64,000 bases of DNA from a bacterium (GTDB lineage Bacteria; Electryoneota; Electryoneia; Electryoneales; Electryoneaceae), in contig JAHLLH010000008.1 of the NCBI GenBank assembly GCA_020444265.1, positions 58,945-122,944 on the forward strand. Reading direction: 5' to 3'. The translations under genes and the position numbers were made by a program. The notes under the pieces were generated by a model, which made no database searches, was not told the origin of the DNA, and worked only from the letters and a program-made list of their open reading frames with translations. Positions 27,534 to 36,910 of the stretch are shown in pieces (positions within the stretch are counted from its first letter, which is position 1; the number at the start of each line of letters is the position of its first letter).

Positions 27534-28808
27534 CTAACTCAACATCTCAAGTAAAAGATGTCGCTCGCTCGAGAAGTCAACTTCAAGGGGTGAGCCGAGG
27601 GCCTCCTTCGAGTTGTGTGTGAGCAACAACTTCTTCACCGGGAGGACCGATTCTTTCTTCGGCAGGCTTTTTACCACACCGCAAAAACCAGTGTATCGAC
27701 CACTGCTGTTGCTGCGGATTCGCACCTGGCTTCCAATGGGGAAATGCTGGATCAAGCTGGCCAAGGTGCGGACAACGTGATGATTAAAGAGGGTACCGCT
27801 GTGTTCAAGGAAAGAGGTCAGGGCGGTTACTGGTTCGACCGGTTCATTCCCGGGTCGCGTGCTCGTCTTCTCCATGAACAAGGATGTAACTGCCAAAATT
27901 TCGCTCAGGCGAAGTACCATTGGCAAATCGATCGAATCAGGGGGTAGCCCTTTGCTTTTTGTTCCCAGCGGGTAGCCTGAGCCATCCAGCCTTTCATGAT
28001 GACGAAGCAAAATGGCTTGCTCATCATCGCTGCCCGGGTAAGCGCCACGCAACAGCATCACCGTATAAGCAGGATGTTCACGCAGCATCATGCGCTCATC
28101 CTTGCTGAGTTGGTCCGCTGGGACTTCATGGAGTGGTGCGAGTAGCGAATAGCCGAGGTCGTGCGTCAGGGCGGCTGTCGCAAGCAAACGCAGTTCGCGT
28201 TCCGGAAGCTGATACTCTTCACCGATAATCAGCGAGAGGATCGCCGTATCCACCGCAAAACTACATTCTACTGCACCAAACATCCTTTCCGGGAAGGCAA
28301 GGAATAGGGGACGGTACTCTTCGACCACTTTGTCGAGGATGATTGTAGCTCGATCTTTCGCCTGGTGGAAACTGATTGGGTTGGCTCGACTTGTTGCACC
28401 ACGCCAGGCTGGATGCTCCTCGACCTGCTGCTGGATTGTTGTCAGCGAGCAATGCTTCAGTACCTGTTTATTTGGATCGGGTACATCACCTGTCAGAGAC
28501 ACCTGGATCTGGACAACTCGTCTTGCAAGATCGCGAAGAGTGTTTCCTGGAAGGGGGACACGATCCGAGGGGTCCATCAGATAAACACGGACTGTTCCTG
28601 TGTCACAGAGATGGGCGACCTGGTCGGCAGTCAGAGCAAATCCTGACGGAATCAGAAGGGTGCCGTCCTCGCTGTAAATCCCTTTACCGAGTACGTCTCC
28701 CTGACGAACGGTTTGTACGTTGGCGATTTTCATTGAGTGGAGTTCCCGCGCCCGTGCACTCGTCCCCAAGTGGGTCGTGTCCGGTGAAGTAACAGCAATC
28801 TGGTTCAA
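27534..28808 (-). CDS. HD-GYP domain protein (cyclic-di-GMP phosphodiesterase class)
   Basis: LTHDLGYSLL (HD) and ILLRHHERLDGSGYPLG (HHE..DGSGYP). The likely true start is MKIANVQTVRQGDVLG at 28733. Confidence 0.85.
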   Translation of the reverse strand: MNQIAVTSPDTTHLGTSARARELHSMKIANVQTVRQGDVLGKGIYSEDGTLLIPSGFALTADQVAHLCDTGTVRVYLMDPSDRVPLPGNTLRDLARRVVQIQVSLTGDVPDPNKQVLKHCSLTTIQQQVEEHPAWRGATSRANPISFHQAKDRATIILDKVVEEYRPLFLAFPERMFGAVECSFAVDTAILSLIIGEEYQLPERELRLLATAALTHDLGYSLLAPLHEVPADQLSKDERMMLREHPAYTVMLLRGAYPGSDDEQAILLRHHERLDGSGYPLGTKSKGLPPDSIDLPMVLRLSEILAVTSLFMEKTSTRPGNEPVEPVTALTSFLEHSGTLFNHHVVRTLASLIQHFPIGSQVRIRSNSSGRYTGFCGVVKSLPKKESVLPVKKLLLTHNSKEALGSPLEVDFSSERHLLLEMLS

Positions 28809-28863
28809 AATTCAATCCCTCGGGAGAGCACAGATCAAAAGAATGGTCTCGGAGGCATGTTGG

Positions 28864-29430
28864 CTAGATGGCGTAACGCTGCCCTAGACGACGATAGGCG
28901 ACAGGCAGTAACAGAGCAAATAACAGAGTGTTCGACAGGATATGGATAAGGGCGAAGGGGATCCCAGCAACCAGGTAGGGCCACCAGTTGGCTGGAGCGA
29001 CTCCGGTCGAGGCGGGGAAGGCGAAGTTGGTCAAGATGTCAAACAGAAGGGTGACTGCAAATCCTCCTGCACCACATTTGAAGGCGATAGAGGTGCTGGA
29101 GCCTGTAATAAATGAATGCCTGAGTCGTCCGAAGAGGAAGCCTGCGAAGGCATAACCGAGAAGCTGGGCGATCCAGACGGGTGGGTAAGGCAGGCCCATC
29201 ACATTAAGAGTGCCGAAGATAGCACCTGCTGCGAGGCCGACAAGCATGGCCGATGAGGCACCGAGTAGCAACCCGGAGAAGGCGATGGTCAGGGTCAGAA
29301 TTTCAACGTTGGGGACAGCTACGAGCAGATAACCGCCGGCGACAGCGACGGCGGTCAACATGGCAATCCGCGCAACCCGAAGCGACGAGGTGCGCGGATT
29401 TGATGTTCTATGAGATGAAGATGGGTCCAT
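28864..29430 (-). CDS. Integral membrane protein, ECF-transporter S-component-like
   Basis: 188 aa with 5-6 TM helices. The pattern (ARIAMLTAVAVAGGYLL..., Gly-rich helices, C-terminal RR) resembles substrate-capture S components. No A/T components are adjacent. Confidence 0.35.
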   Translation of the reverse strand: MDPSSSHRTSNPRTSSLRVARIAMLTAVAVAGGYLLVAVPNVEILTLTIAFSGLLLGASSAMLVGLAAGAIFGTLNVMGLPYPPVWIAQLLGYAFAGFLFGRLRHSFITGSSTSIAFKCGAGGFAVTLLFDILTNFAFPASTGVAPANWWPYLVAGIPFALIHILSNTLLFALLLPVAYRRLGQRYAI

Positions 29431-29444
29431 GACCGATCGTCCGA

Positions 29445-29819
29445 TCAGGCCGTGGCCTTCTTCGATTTACCATCACCCTTTTCACGGATGCGGGCTGCTT
29501 TACCGGTCCGCTCACGGAGGTAGTAAAGCTTTGCACGACGAACCCGACCCTCTTTCTCAACCTCGATCTTGGCGATCGACGGTGAGTTGAAGGGGAAGGT
29601 ACGTTCCACACCAATACCGCTGGAAATCTTGCGGACGGTGAAGCTGGCACGGCTGCCATGGCCGCTGAGGGCGATAACAACACCCTTGAATACCTGGATA
29701 CGCTCTTTCGAGCCTTCCACAACGCGCTGATGCACGAGGATGGTGTCACCCGCACTAAAAGCCGGCATATCTTCCGGGGCGTCCCGGCGCTCGAGTTCTT
29801 GAATGATCAGGTCCGACAT
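29445..29819 (-). CDS. rplS: 50S ribosomal protein L19
   Basis: [30 protein letters not shown]...[28 protein letters not shown]. Confidence 0.95.
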   Translation of the reverse strand: MSDLIIQELERRDAPEDMPAFSAGDTILVHQRVVEGSKERIQVFKGVVIALSGHGSRASFTVRKISSGIGVERTFPFNSPSIAKIEVEKEGRVRRAKLYYLRERTGKAARIREKGDGKSKKATA

Positions 29820-29871
29820 GGTCCCACTTCCTTATCGAAAACTCAACTGCTTGAATACTGCTTGAAAGCTA

Positions 29872-30588
29872 TCAGGATGTTTTCCCCTGATCAGCCAACC
29901 ACTTCTCGAATAGATCGGGGCGCAAACGACGGGTTCGTTGTACCGCTTGCTCGTGCCGCCACTTTTCAACATTGCCATGGTGCCCACTCAAGAGCACCTC
30001 GGGTGCATCCTCACCCTTCCAGGTTGCTGGCTGGGTGTAATGGGGATGATCCAGCAAACCTCTGCTGAAGCTATCCCCGGCTGCCGATTCCGGATCACCA
30101 AGGACACCGGGAAGCAGCCGCACCACCGTATCGACTATTACTGCTGCGGGCAATTCACCACCTGTCAGGATGTAATCGCCGATACTCACTTCCATGTCAA
30201 CTCTACGGTCAATCAGGCGTTGATCCACACCCTTGTAATGACCACAGAGGATTGTCAATCGCTGTTGCTGTGCAAGCTCTTCGGCCAGTTTCTGGTCCAA
30301 TTTCCTGCCCTGCGGGCTGGTAAAGAGAACCAGTGGCTTCGGGTCAGGCCGGACCTCCAACAGGTGATCCAGCGCTTTCTCGATCGGGTCGGCCTTTAAG
30401 ACCATTCCCGGTCCACCACCGAGAGGTTTGTCATCCACCGTACCGTGCTTGTCCTTCGCGAATTCGCGAAGCTGAAGATACTCCAGCTCAACAGCACCGA
30501 AACGTTGGGCGCGGGCAAGGATCGATTCGTTGAGGATCGCCTTCAACCCATCGGGGAACAAGGTGACGATTTCGATTGTCATCGCCAT
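29872..30588 (-). CDS. trmD: tRNA (guanine37-N1)-methyltransferase
   Basis: IEIVTLFPD, DDKPLGGGPGMVLK and ILCGHYKGVDQRL. Confidence 0.95.
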   Translation of the reverse strand: MAMTIEIVTLFPDGLKAILNESILARAQRFGAVELEYLQLREFAKDKHGTVDDKPLGGGPGMVLKADPIEKALDHLLEVRPDPKPLVLFTSPQGRKLDQKLAEELAQQQRLTILCGHYKGVDQRLIDRRVDMEVSIGDYILTGGELPAAVIVDTVVRLLPGVLGDPESAAGDSFSRGLLDHPHYTQPATWKGEDAPEVLLSGHHGNVEKWRHEQAVQRTRRLRPDLFEKWLADQGKTS

Positions 30589-30686
30589 CGTCTCTCCCTC
30601 GTTCTCCTTGATCCACCCCGCACGGAACCCGGAAGGTACATCACGGAGCTATCCTGAATCCAGCACTCGACCGGGTCAAGGGAGGC

Positions 30687-31286
30687 TCAGGAGGATGAAT
30701 CCTCGCTGTCCTGCTTTTCCCCGCTTTGTGCCGCGAGTTTTTTCTCGTCGATCAACCCTTCCATCAAGGTAACCTCGATCCGTCTGGCGGTCGTGTCCAC
30801 CTTGTGGACGACTTCCTGAATGGCAGGGATCAAAATTTCTCCGTACTGGCCGCCATTCACAATCCAGACATCATTGGCTGGTAAATCCATTACTTCACGC
30901 AAGGTACCCAAGGGCCCAAACGTACGGCAGTGGATTTCGCATCCAACGAGATCGTCGAGATAAAAACGATTTTCCGGGAGTGGATCCCGTTCATCAGCGT
31001 CAATGAACAATTCCCCGCCGACCAATTCTTCAGCGAGGTCCCGGCGCGGAGCTTCGTTGAACCGCACATAGACCATGCCGCCTTCGAGACGCACCCGCTT
31101 GAAAGTGAAGTATTGTTCCTCTTCACCTTTGCGTGCGACCCACACGCCATCCAGATCATCGAAGCGATCGGGACGCCATGTCAGCGGCACAATTTTCAGG
31201 TCTCCACGCAATCCCCGCACTTTGACAATCGTCCCAATCAGGACGCGTCGCTCAAGGGGGGGAAGCGGGGGAATTGAAATGCTCAT
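30687..31286 (-). CDS. rimM: 16S rRNA processing protein RimM
   Basis: IGTIVKVRGLRGDLKIVPLT, with a PRC-barrel C-terminus. It sits in the conserved position between the KH gene and trmD. Confidence 0.88.
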   Translation of the reverse strand: MSISIPPLPPLERRVLIGTIVKVRGLRGDLKIVPLTWRPDRFDDLDGVWVARKGEEEQYFTFKRVRLEGGMVYVRFNEAPRRDLAEELVGGELFIDADERDPLPENRFYLDDLVGCEIHCRTFGPLGTLREVMDLPANDVWIVNGGQYGEILIPAIQEVVHKVDTTARRIEVTLMEGLIDEKKLAAQSGEKQDSEDSSS

Positions 31287-31528
31287 GCACTCGGTTCGTT
31301 GGCAATCTCCAGAACCGCTCGTTTACCGCGCATGGCGGCACTGGCGGTCAGAAGAGTGCGCATCGCTTTCGCGTTCCGTCCATCTTTACCGATCGCACGT
31401 CCGAGATCCTCGGCTGCAACCGACAGGATGTAACGGGTTCGCTCCTCTTCGTCCTCTACGGCGACTTGTACACTCTCTGGTCGTTCGACCAGGTGTTGCG
31501 CCATGAACGCAATGAAATCTTCCAGCAC
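31283..31528 (-). CDS. KH-domain RNA-binding protein (UPF0109/YlqC family)
   Basis: 81 aa. LSVAAEDLGRAIGKDGRNAKAMRTLL (GxxG KH motif). 4-nt overlap with rimM. Confidence 0.88.
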   Translation of the reverse strand: MLEDFIAFMAQHLVERPESVQVAVEDEEERTRYILSVAAEDLGRAIGKDGRNAKAMRTLLTASAAMRGKRAVLEIANEPSA

Positions 31529-31653
31529 GGTTCCTCCTCAAGCGAATCGTGTCCACCGGCTGGGAAATCGCGCTACGGGAATCCGCAGGAGTTCGGCGCC
31601 GCCCCCCGTCAAACGCTTCGCCCGTCCCCAGAAATTCGGGCATCTGCGTCAGA

Positions 31654-32277
31654 CTACTCCTTCTTGGAGTCGTCCTTGGCAGTCGGTTCCTCCGCAGGCG
31701 CTGCTTCCTTGGCCTCGGCGGCCTCGTCTGCTTTGTCTGCTTCGGCTGCGGTGCTGGCTTCGGCCTTTTTCTCAGCCTTTTCCTCTGCCTTCGGCTCTTC
31801 AGCCTTGGCTTCGGCTTTGGCTTCTTCCTTCGGCTCGGCGTCTTCCGCCTTTGCCTTCGGCTTGGCCTCTTCCTTCGGCTCTTCTGCCTTCGGTTCCGGT
31901 TTCACCTTCGCCTGCTGCTTCACCGGTTCCGGAGACTCCTTTGTGAGCGCCTGCTCTTCACGGCGTGCACGGTGAGCCTTGACCGCTTCCTCAATCTTTG
32001 CCTGGTCGTAGTCCCGCTTCGACATGTCCCAACGGAGCATGACGCCATCGCGACGGAACAGGTTTTTGACCGTGTCCGACGGCGTCGCACCCTCATTCAG
32101 CCACTTCAACGCGACGTCATGATCAATGACCAGGGTCGCAGGACGTGTCAGGGGATCATAATGGCCGATCTTGTCCAGGTAGGCGCCGTCACGACGCTTA
32201 CGGGAGTCGATTGCCACAATACGGTAAAATGGACGCTTCTTGCGTCCCATCCGGGTGAGCCTCAACTTGACGGCCAC
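31654..32277 (-). CDS. rpsP: 30S ribosomal protein S16 with a C-terminal K/E/A-rich extension of about 120 aa
   Basis: GTG 32277 is preceded by AAGGAGG plus a 4-nt spacer and gives (M)AVKLRLTRMGRKKRPFYRIVAIDSRKRRDGAYLDKIGHYDPL. The ORF-track start 32337 would overlap ffh. Tail: EPKAEEPKEEAKPKAKAEDAEPKEEAKAEAKAEEPKAEEKAEKKAE... Confidence 0.92.
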   Translation of the reverse strand: MAVKLRLTRMGRKKRPFYRIVAIDSRKRRDGAYLDKIGHYDPLTRPATLVIDHDVALKWLNEGATPSDTVKNLFRRDGVMLRWDMSKRDYDQAKIEEAVKAHRARREEQALTKESPEPVKQQAKVKPEPKAEEPKEEAKPKAKAEDAEPKEEAKAEAKAEEPKAEEKAEKKAEASTAAEADKADEAAEAKEAAPAEEPTAKDDSKKE

Positions 32278-32287
32278 ACTGCCTCCT

Positions 32288-33613
32288 TTATGCGGGCGGG
32301 AAGGGCATGCCTCGCATGAGCCCCTTCTTATTGCCACCCATTTTCTTGAACAGTTTCCGCATCTGATCGAACTGGTTCAGCAAACGGTTAACATCCTGAA
32401 CCGACGTGCCGCTGCCCATCGCGATGCGCCTTCGACGGCTGCCGTTTAACATGCCGGGCTTCCGGCGTTCCTCAGGCGTCATCGAGAGAATGATCGCTTC
32501 GGTACGCTTGATCTCCCGGTCGTCAATTTCGACACCCTTCAGCGCCTTACCGGCACCAGGAATCAACTTCATCAGGCCCTCGAGCGGGCCCATATTCGAG
32601 ACTTGCCGAAGTTGTCCGAGAAAATCCTCAAGATCAAAGTCGGCCTTTTTAAGTTTCTTTGCAAGCTTCTCAGCTTGCTCCAAGTCCAGCGAGGCTTGCG
32701 CCTTCTCAACGAGTGTAACCACATCGCCGAGGCCGAGGATACGATTCGCCATCCGGTCGGGATGGAACTCCTCGAACTCCTCGATCTTTTCACCGATTCC
32801 GGCGAAGCGGATCGGGGCGCCAGACACCTCACGGACCGACAGCGCCGCACCACCACGTGCATCGCCATCGAGCTTGGTCATCACCACACCGGTGATGTCG
32901 AGCTGTTCGGTAAACGCTTTGGCAGAGTTTACGGCATCCTGACCGGTCATCCCATCCGCAACGAACAGGATTTCAGAAGGATGGAGCTGATCGCGAAGGT
33001 CGCGAAGCTCGTTCATCAACTCTTCGTCGACGTGCAGACGTCCTGCTGTATCGACGATTAACGTATCCTGTCCACCAAGGCGGGCCGCCTCTTTTGCGGC
33101 GAGGGCCGCCTCGAGGGCCGAAACACCACGTTTGGCGTGAACCGTTAGACTGGACTGTTCACCAATGCGTTCGAGCTGGTCGATGGCGGCTGGACGCTGC
33201 ATGTCACAGGCGGCGAGCATTGGACGCATGCCATGGGAACGGAGATAATGCCCCAGCTTCCCAGTCGTCGTCGTCTTACCCGACCCTTGCAGACCGACCA
33301 TCATGATGACGGTTGGGGTTTCCTTGCTGCGTTTCAGCGGACGGAAATTGCCACCGAGCAGTTCGGTCAACTCGTCATGCAGGATCTTGATGACCTGCTG
33401 CGCCGGGGTCACCGACTTCAGGACATCAACACCGACAGCCTTTTCTTCTACACGCTTGAGAAAGTCACGCGCCACTGCAAAGTTGACATCCGCTTCCAGC
33501 AGGATGCGGCGCACATCACGCAGCGACTCGCGAACATTGTCTTCAGTGAGCTTTCCACGGCCTTTCAGCCCGGAAAAAAAGCCCTCAAGCTTTTCAGTCA
33601 ACTCACCAAACAC
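32288..33613 (-). CDS. ffh: Signal recognition particle protein Ffh
   Basis: MFGELTEKLEGFFSGLKG, MMVGLQGSGKTTTTGKL, LIVDTAGRLHVD, and a Met-rich M domain with RRRRIAMGSGTSVQDVNRLL. Confidence 0.95.
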   Translation of the reverse strand: MFGELTEKLEGFFSGLKGRGKLTEDNVRESLRDVRRILLEADVNFAVARDFLKRVEEKAVGVDVLKSVTPAQQVIKILHDELTELLGGNFRPLKRSKETPTVIMMVGLQGSGKTTTTGKLGHYLRSHGMRPMLAACDMQRPAAIDQLERIGEQSSLTVHAKRGVSALEAALAAKEAARLGGQDTLIVDTAGRLHVDEELMNELRDLRDQLHPSEILFVADGMTGQDAVNSAKAFTEQLDITGVVMTKLDGDARGGAALSVREVSGAPIRFAGIGEKIEEFEEFHPDRMANRILGLGDVVTLVEKAQASLDLEQAEKLAKKLKKADFDLEDFLGQLRQVSNMGPLEGLMKLIPGAGKALKGVEIDDREIKRTEAIILSMTPEERRKPGMLNGSRRRRIAMGSGTSVQDVNRLLNQFDQMRKLFKKMGGNKKGLMRGMPFPPA

Positions 33614-33637
33614 GGGTCCATCCTCACTTTGTCCGTT

Positions 33638-33746
33638 CCGTCAGGTCCTGAACGCAGTGGAGACCTGACGGTCTAGCACGGGCATCCTGCCCGTGCATCG
33701 CGCCTCTGGCGCGAATGGTGTGTCAGATCTAAGGATCTGACACAAC
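33638..33746. repeat. GTCAG-stem hairpin cluster, locus B (four hairpins, about 110-nt composite element)
   Basis: Hairpins: 33638-33671 CCGTCAGGTC/GACCTGACGG; 33676-33696 GCACGGGCA-tcc-TGCCCGTGC; 33699-33713 CGCGCC-tct-GGCGCG; 33718-33746 GTGTCAGATC-taag-GATCTGACAC. Colinear and near-identical to 24174-24282. Confidence 0.85.
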
Positions 33747-33771
33747 TCTTTCCTACCTGATCACACAACCT

Positions 33772-34251
33772 TCAACAGTATCGCTCTCGGATGATCTCCA
33801 CCACATTCGTGGTTGAACGACCTTCCACCAGCGGAACAATCTTTACCTCGCCGCCTGCATCGGTCACCGTCTTCGCGCCGATCACTGTCTCCGGGCTCCA
33901 ATCGCCGCCCTTCGCCAGCACATCGGGAATCAAGAGATCGATGATCTCCTGCGGCGTATCCTGATCAAACAGAACCACAACATCGACGGCACGCAAACCT
34001 TTCAACACAGCGGCACGATCCACTTCGGGGACGATGGGCCGTTTCTCACCTTTGATCCTGCGGACGCTGGCATCGCTGTTGATCGCGACGATCAACACAT
34101 CACCAAAGCCTTTGCAGGTCTCAAGCAAGGTTACATGGCCCGAATGCAGGATATCGTAGCAGCCGTTTGTGAAAACGACTCGTCTGCCCAGGGCAGCCTG
34201 ATCCTCGCGCCAACTCCTGGCTTCATCCCAAGTCAAAAGCGGAGTGTCCAT
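33772..34251 (-). CDS. hldC: D-glycero-beta-D-manno-heptose 1-phosphate adenylyltransferase (RfaE domain II equivalent)
   Basis: ATG 34251 (GAGGAGAGAGAG upstream) gives MDTPLLTWDEARSW.... VVFTNGCYDILHSGHVTLLE is the cytidylyltransferase HxGH motif. About 160 aa. Confidence 0.85.
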   Translation of the reverse strand: MDTPLLTWDEARSWREDQAALGRRVVFTNGCYDILHSGHVTLLETCKGFGDVLIVAINSDASVRRIKGEKRPIVPEVDRAAVLKGLRAVDVVVLFDQDTPQEIIDLLIPDVLAKGGDWSPETVIGAKTVTDAGGEVKIVPLVEGRSTTNVVEIIRERYC

Positions 34252-34371
34252 CTCTCTCTCCTCATCGCTCCTGACCAATACGAAGAAGGTCCCTCTCCCG
34301 GGACCTTCTCGGATCGCCGATAAAATTGAATGAAACGATAGCCCCGAAAGGCCTGCTCCATTCAACCGATC

Positions 34372-34451
<80 letters not shown>

Positions 34452-34512
34452 AAAATCGCTCAACCCGTTTCCGCATCAAGCGCGTAGAGTATAGCTTACT
34501 TTTCAAGCTAAA

Positions 34513-35520
34513 TCAATCCCCGCTCTCAGTGAGCAGGGCCTCTTTGGTGACCGGTACAACTCCCACCTGCCCAACAACATACCCCGCTGCGAGGGTAGCC
34601 AGATGAGCCGCTCGTTCTCCATCCAACCCACCAACCAGACCTAAAGTGAGTGTGCTGATGACCGTATCTCCCGCCCCGGACACGTCGGAGATCTTGCGGG
34701 CACGGGTCGGAATGTGTCTGCTCGACTCGTTGGGAGTGAAAAGGCTCATCCCCTGCGCACCACGTGTAATCAGAACCGTTTCGGCCTGGAGGCGCAGGAG
34801 TAGTTCGCTGCCCGCTCGTTCAATATCCGGGTCGTTGAACAGCCTGCGACCCAAGGCACTTTCGGCCTCACGCATATTCGGCTTGAAGACGGTTGCCCCG
34901 AGGAAATCGAAGAAATTGTCATGTTTCGGATCAACGGTGATTGGAATCCTGCGCTGCTGGGCGGCCTGGATGACTCGGCGGATGATCTGCGGTGTCAGGG
35001 CTCCCTTGTTGTAGTCCTGCAGGATGACAGCATCGGCACGTTCCACTTCCGCTACTGCCGCGTCCCCCAGTTTTGTTTCCAGCGATCCTGTGACATTGTC
35101 GGTCCGTTCACGGTCCACGCGGAGCAGGTGTTGATCCTCTGCGATGACACGAGTCTTGATGGTGGTGGGACGATCCTCGGCGGTGATCAGCCCATCGACC
35201 TCGGCACCGGCTGTCTTCATCAATTCGATCAGGTCGCGTCCATTGAGATCGTCCCCACAGAGACCCACGGTGCTGCACTTCGCGCCGAGGCTGATCAGGT
35301 TGAGCACCACATTACCCGCGCCACCGGGACGTAGGTCATCCTGCGACACTTCCACCACAGGCACCGGCGCTTCCGGACTGATCCGGCGCACATTGCCCCA
35401 GATGTAGCGGTCAAGCATGTAGTCGCCGATCACCGCAACCCGTTTCCCCTGGATCGCTTCGAGGGTTCGCTTAATTTCCTGATGCGTCAGCATGCAACTC
35501 TCACTCTGTTCCCTCATCAC
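34513..35520 (-). CDS. hldA: D-glycero-beta-D-manno-heptose-7-phosphate kinase (RfaE domain I equivalent; PfkB family)
   Basis: VAVIGDYMLDRYIWG, GGAGNV and DVSGAGDTVISTL (PfkB signature). An alternative start MLTHQEIK at 35493 would remove the 20-nt overlap with the upstream gene. Confidence 0.85.
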   Translation of the reverse strand: MMREQSESCMLTHQEIKRTLEAIQGKRVAVIGDYMLDRYIWGNVRRISPEAPVPVVEVSQDDLRPGGAGNVVLNLISLGAKCSTVGLCGDDLNGRDLIELMKTAGAEVDGLITAEDRPTTIKTRVIAEDQHLLRVDRERTDNVTGSLETKLGDAAVAEVERADAVILQDYNKGALTPQIIRRVIQAAQQRRIPITVDPKHDNFFDFLGATVFKPNMREAESALGRRLFNDPDIERAGSELLLRLQAETVLITRGAQGMSLFTPNESSRHIPTRARKISDVSGAGDTVISTLTLGLVGGLDGERAAHLATLAAGYVVGQVGVVPVTKEALLTESGD

Positions 35521-36424
35521 CCGGTTTCGGGGGAGGAGTTTTCCATCGTTTATGCAACCAGAGGTACTGGTCGGGAACGGTACGAATGTGATCCTCGAGG
35601 CGATTGGTCAAATCGGTCATAAGGGTGAGGATATCCGCTTCAGTGTCACCGGTCTGCGGCACCTCGACCTCGTCACAACGCACCTGAATCACCCCTTTTT
35701 CATCCCGCCACGTCCGCATGAAAAGGACACTGGGGTTGTATTTCACCGCGAAAAGGCCGACCCCTTTGAAGGTCGAGGCGGGTCGTCCAAAAAAGTCAAT
35801 GAAGATGCCACGGCTGCGCGCATCCTGGTCGATCATCATCGCGACAAGGTGGTTCGCCTTGAGTGCTTTCGGGATGCCACGCGGAGCGCTTTTCCGTTTC
35901 ACGATATGCAGACCGGCCGCACGGCGTAAATCGTCCATCAGCTCTTCAATATCGTCATTGGTCTGCTCGCCGACGACAAAGGTGGTGGGAAAGCCGTACT
36001 GCGCGGCCATCGCCCCGGCATATTCCCAGTTACCGTGGTGTCCGGCGGTGATGAAGGTGCCCCTGCCACGTTCAAAGGCACGTCTCACCTTCATCAGTGT
36101 TTCCTCATCGAAATGGACCCACTTGTCATAATTGCCTGCGAGCACGGGGTTACGGGCCATTTCGGCAGAAACGGCTCCGAAATGACGGTAGACATTCCGC
36201 ACCGTCTGCTTCGCCCACGCCTCATCCTTGTCGGGGAAACTGCGCAGCAATTCGTCAACCGCGTGATTGACACGGATGTGGAGGAGATCATGGAAGGTCG
36301 CCCCGACCCACATCCCGAATTTCTGGGCAGTGCGGTGGGGAAGACGTTGGATGATCCAGAAGCATCCTTTCGCCAATCCGGTTTCGAGACGCTTCTGCCA
36401 TGTTGGTTTGGGTCGTTTCGCCAT
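35501..36424 (-). CDS. Lipid A biosynthesis lauroyl/myristoyl acyltransferase family (LpxL/HtrB-like)
   Basis: N-terminal TM, ITAGHHGNWEYAG (HX4-acidic acyltransferase motif as in LpxL), and a C-terminal PDQYLWLHKRWK block. Confidence 0.8.
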   Translation of the reverse strand: MAKRPKPTWQKRLETGLAKGCFWIIQRLPHRTAQKFGMWVGATFHDLLHIRVNHAVDELLRSFPDKDEAWAKQTVRNVYRHFGAVSAEMARNPVLAGNYDKWVHFDEETLMKVRRAFERGRGTFITAGHHGNWEYAGAMAAQYGFPTTFVVGEQTNDDIEELMDDLRRAAGLHIVKRKSAPRGIPKALKANHLVAMMIDQDARSRGIFIDFFGRPASTFKGVGLFAVKYNPSVLFMRTWRDEKGVIQVRCDEVEVPQTGDTEADILTLMTDLTNRLEDHIRTVPDQYLWLHKRWKTPPPKPGDEGTE

Positions 36425-36483
36425 AGCGGGGGAAGGTTACGACCATTGCAGCCTTGACCGCAAGCTGGAATTGGTGCGGGGTC

Positions 36484-36910
36484 TTGTGTCAGGTCTCCGC
36501 TTCGCTAAAGACCGGACACAACGACTTTGGTTCAGTCAGGTCTCCCGACCTGACTGAATAACTGCCAGGTCGGGAGACCTGGCGGAACCATGTGGTCCCA
36601 GGTAGCGCGGCGGGTACATGTCATCCCGGGCTTTACTCGCCCTTGGCGAGTTGACCTGGGATCCAGCATCCGAGGGAGGTGTATGGCGAGGTGGTGAAAT
36701 CCTCGGTCCGTGGCTGGCAAGGAGGAGGAAGGAGGTGCCCCCACGGCTCGGGCGACCCCGGATTTGGCAGAGTCGCTCGTTGCAAGGGTTGGTTGCTGGA
36801 TCCCGGATCAAGTCCGGGATGACACAACTCGTCCAGTCATGGCTTAGCGGAGGGATGATGAATACTCGCGCCTCGGGCGCGAATGGTGTGTCAGACGAGG
36901 GCGTTTGACA
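36484..36910. repeat. GTCAG-stem hairpin cluster, locus C (inside a 512-nt non-coding spacer)
   Basis: Hairpins: 36484-36522 (same unit as 24310-24343); 36532-36557 TCAGTCAGGTC-tccc-GACCTGACTGA; 36565-36582 CCAGGTC-ggga-GACCTGG; 36800-36820 ATCCCGGA-tcaag-TCCGGGAT; 36867-36910 CGCGCC-tcg-GGCGCGAATGGTGTGTCAGACG... (same as 24234-24279). There is also an 11-bp inverted repeat, TGTCATCCCGG (36619-36629) and CCGGGATGACA (36814-36824). Confidence 0.8.

Noticed and set aside
31274-32319. Plus-strand ORFs of 233, 147 and 256 aa rich in Ser/Ala/Phe/Leu/Arg
   Set aside because: They are antisense to rpsP and produced by the GGC/TTC quasi-repeat that encodes the S16 K/E/A tail. They are low-complexity artefacts.
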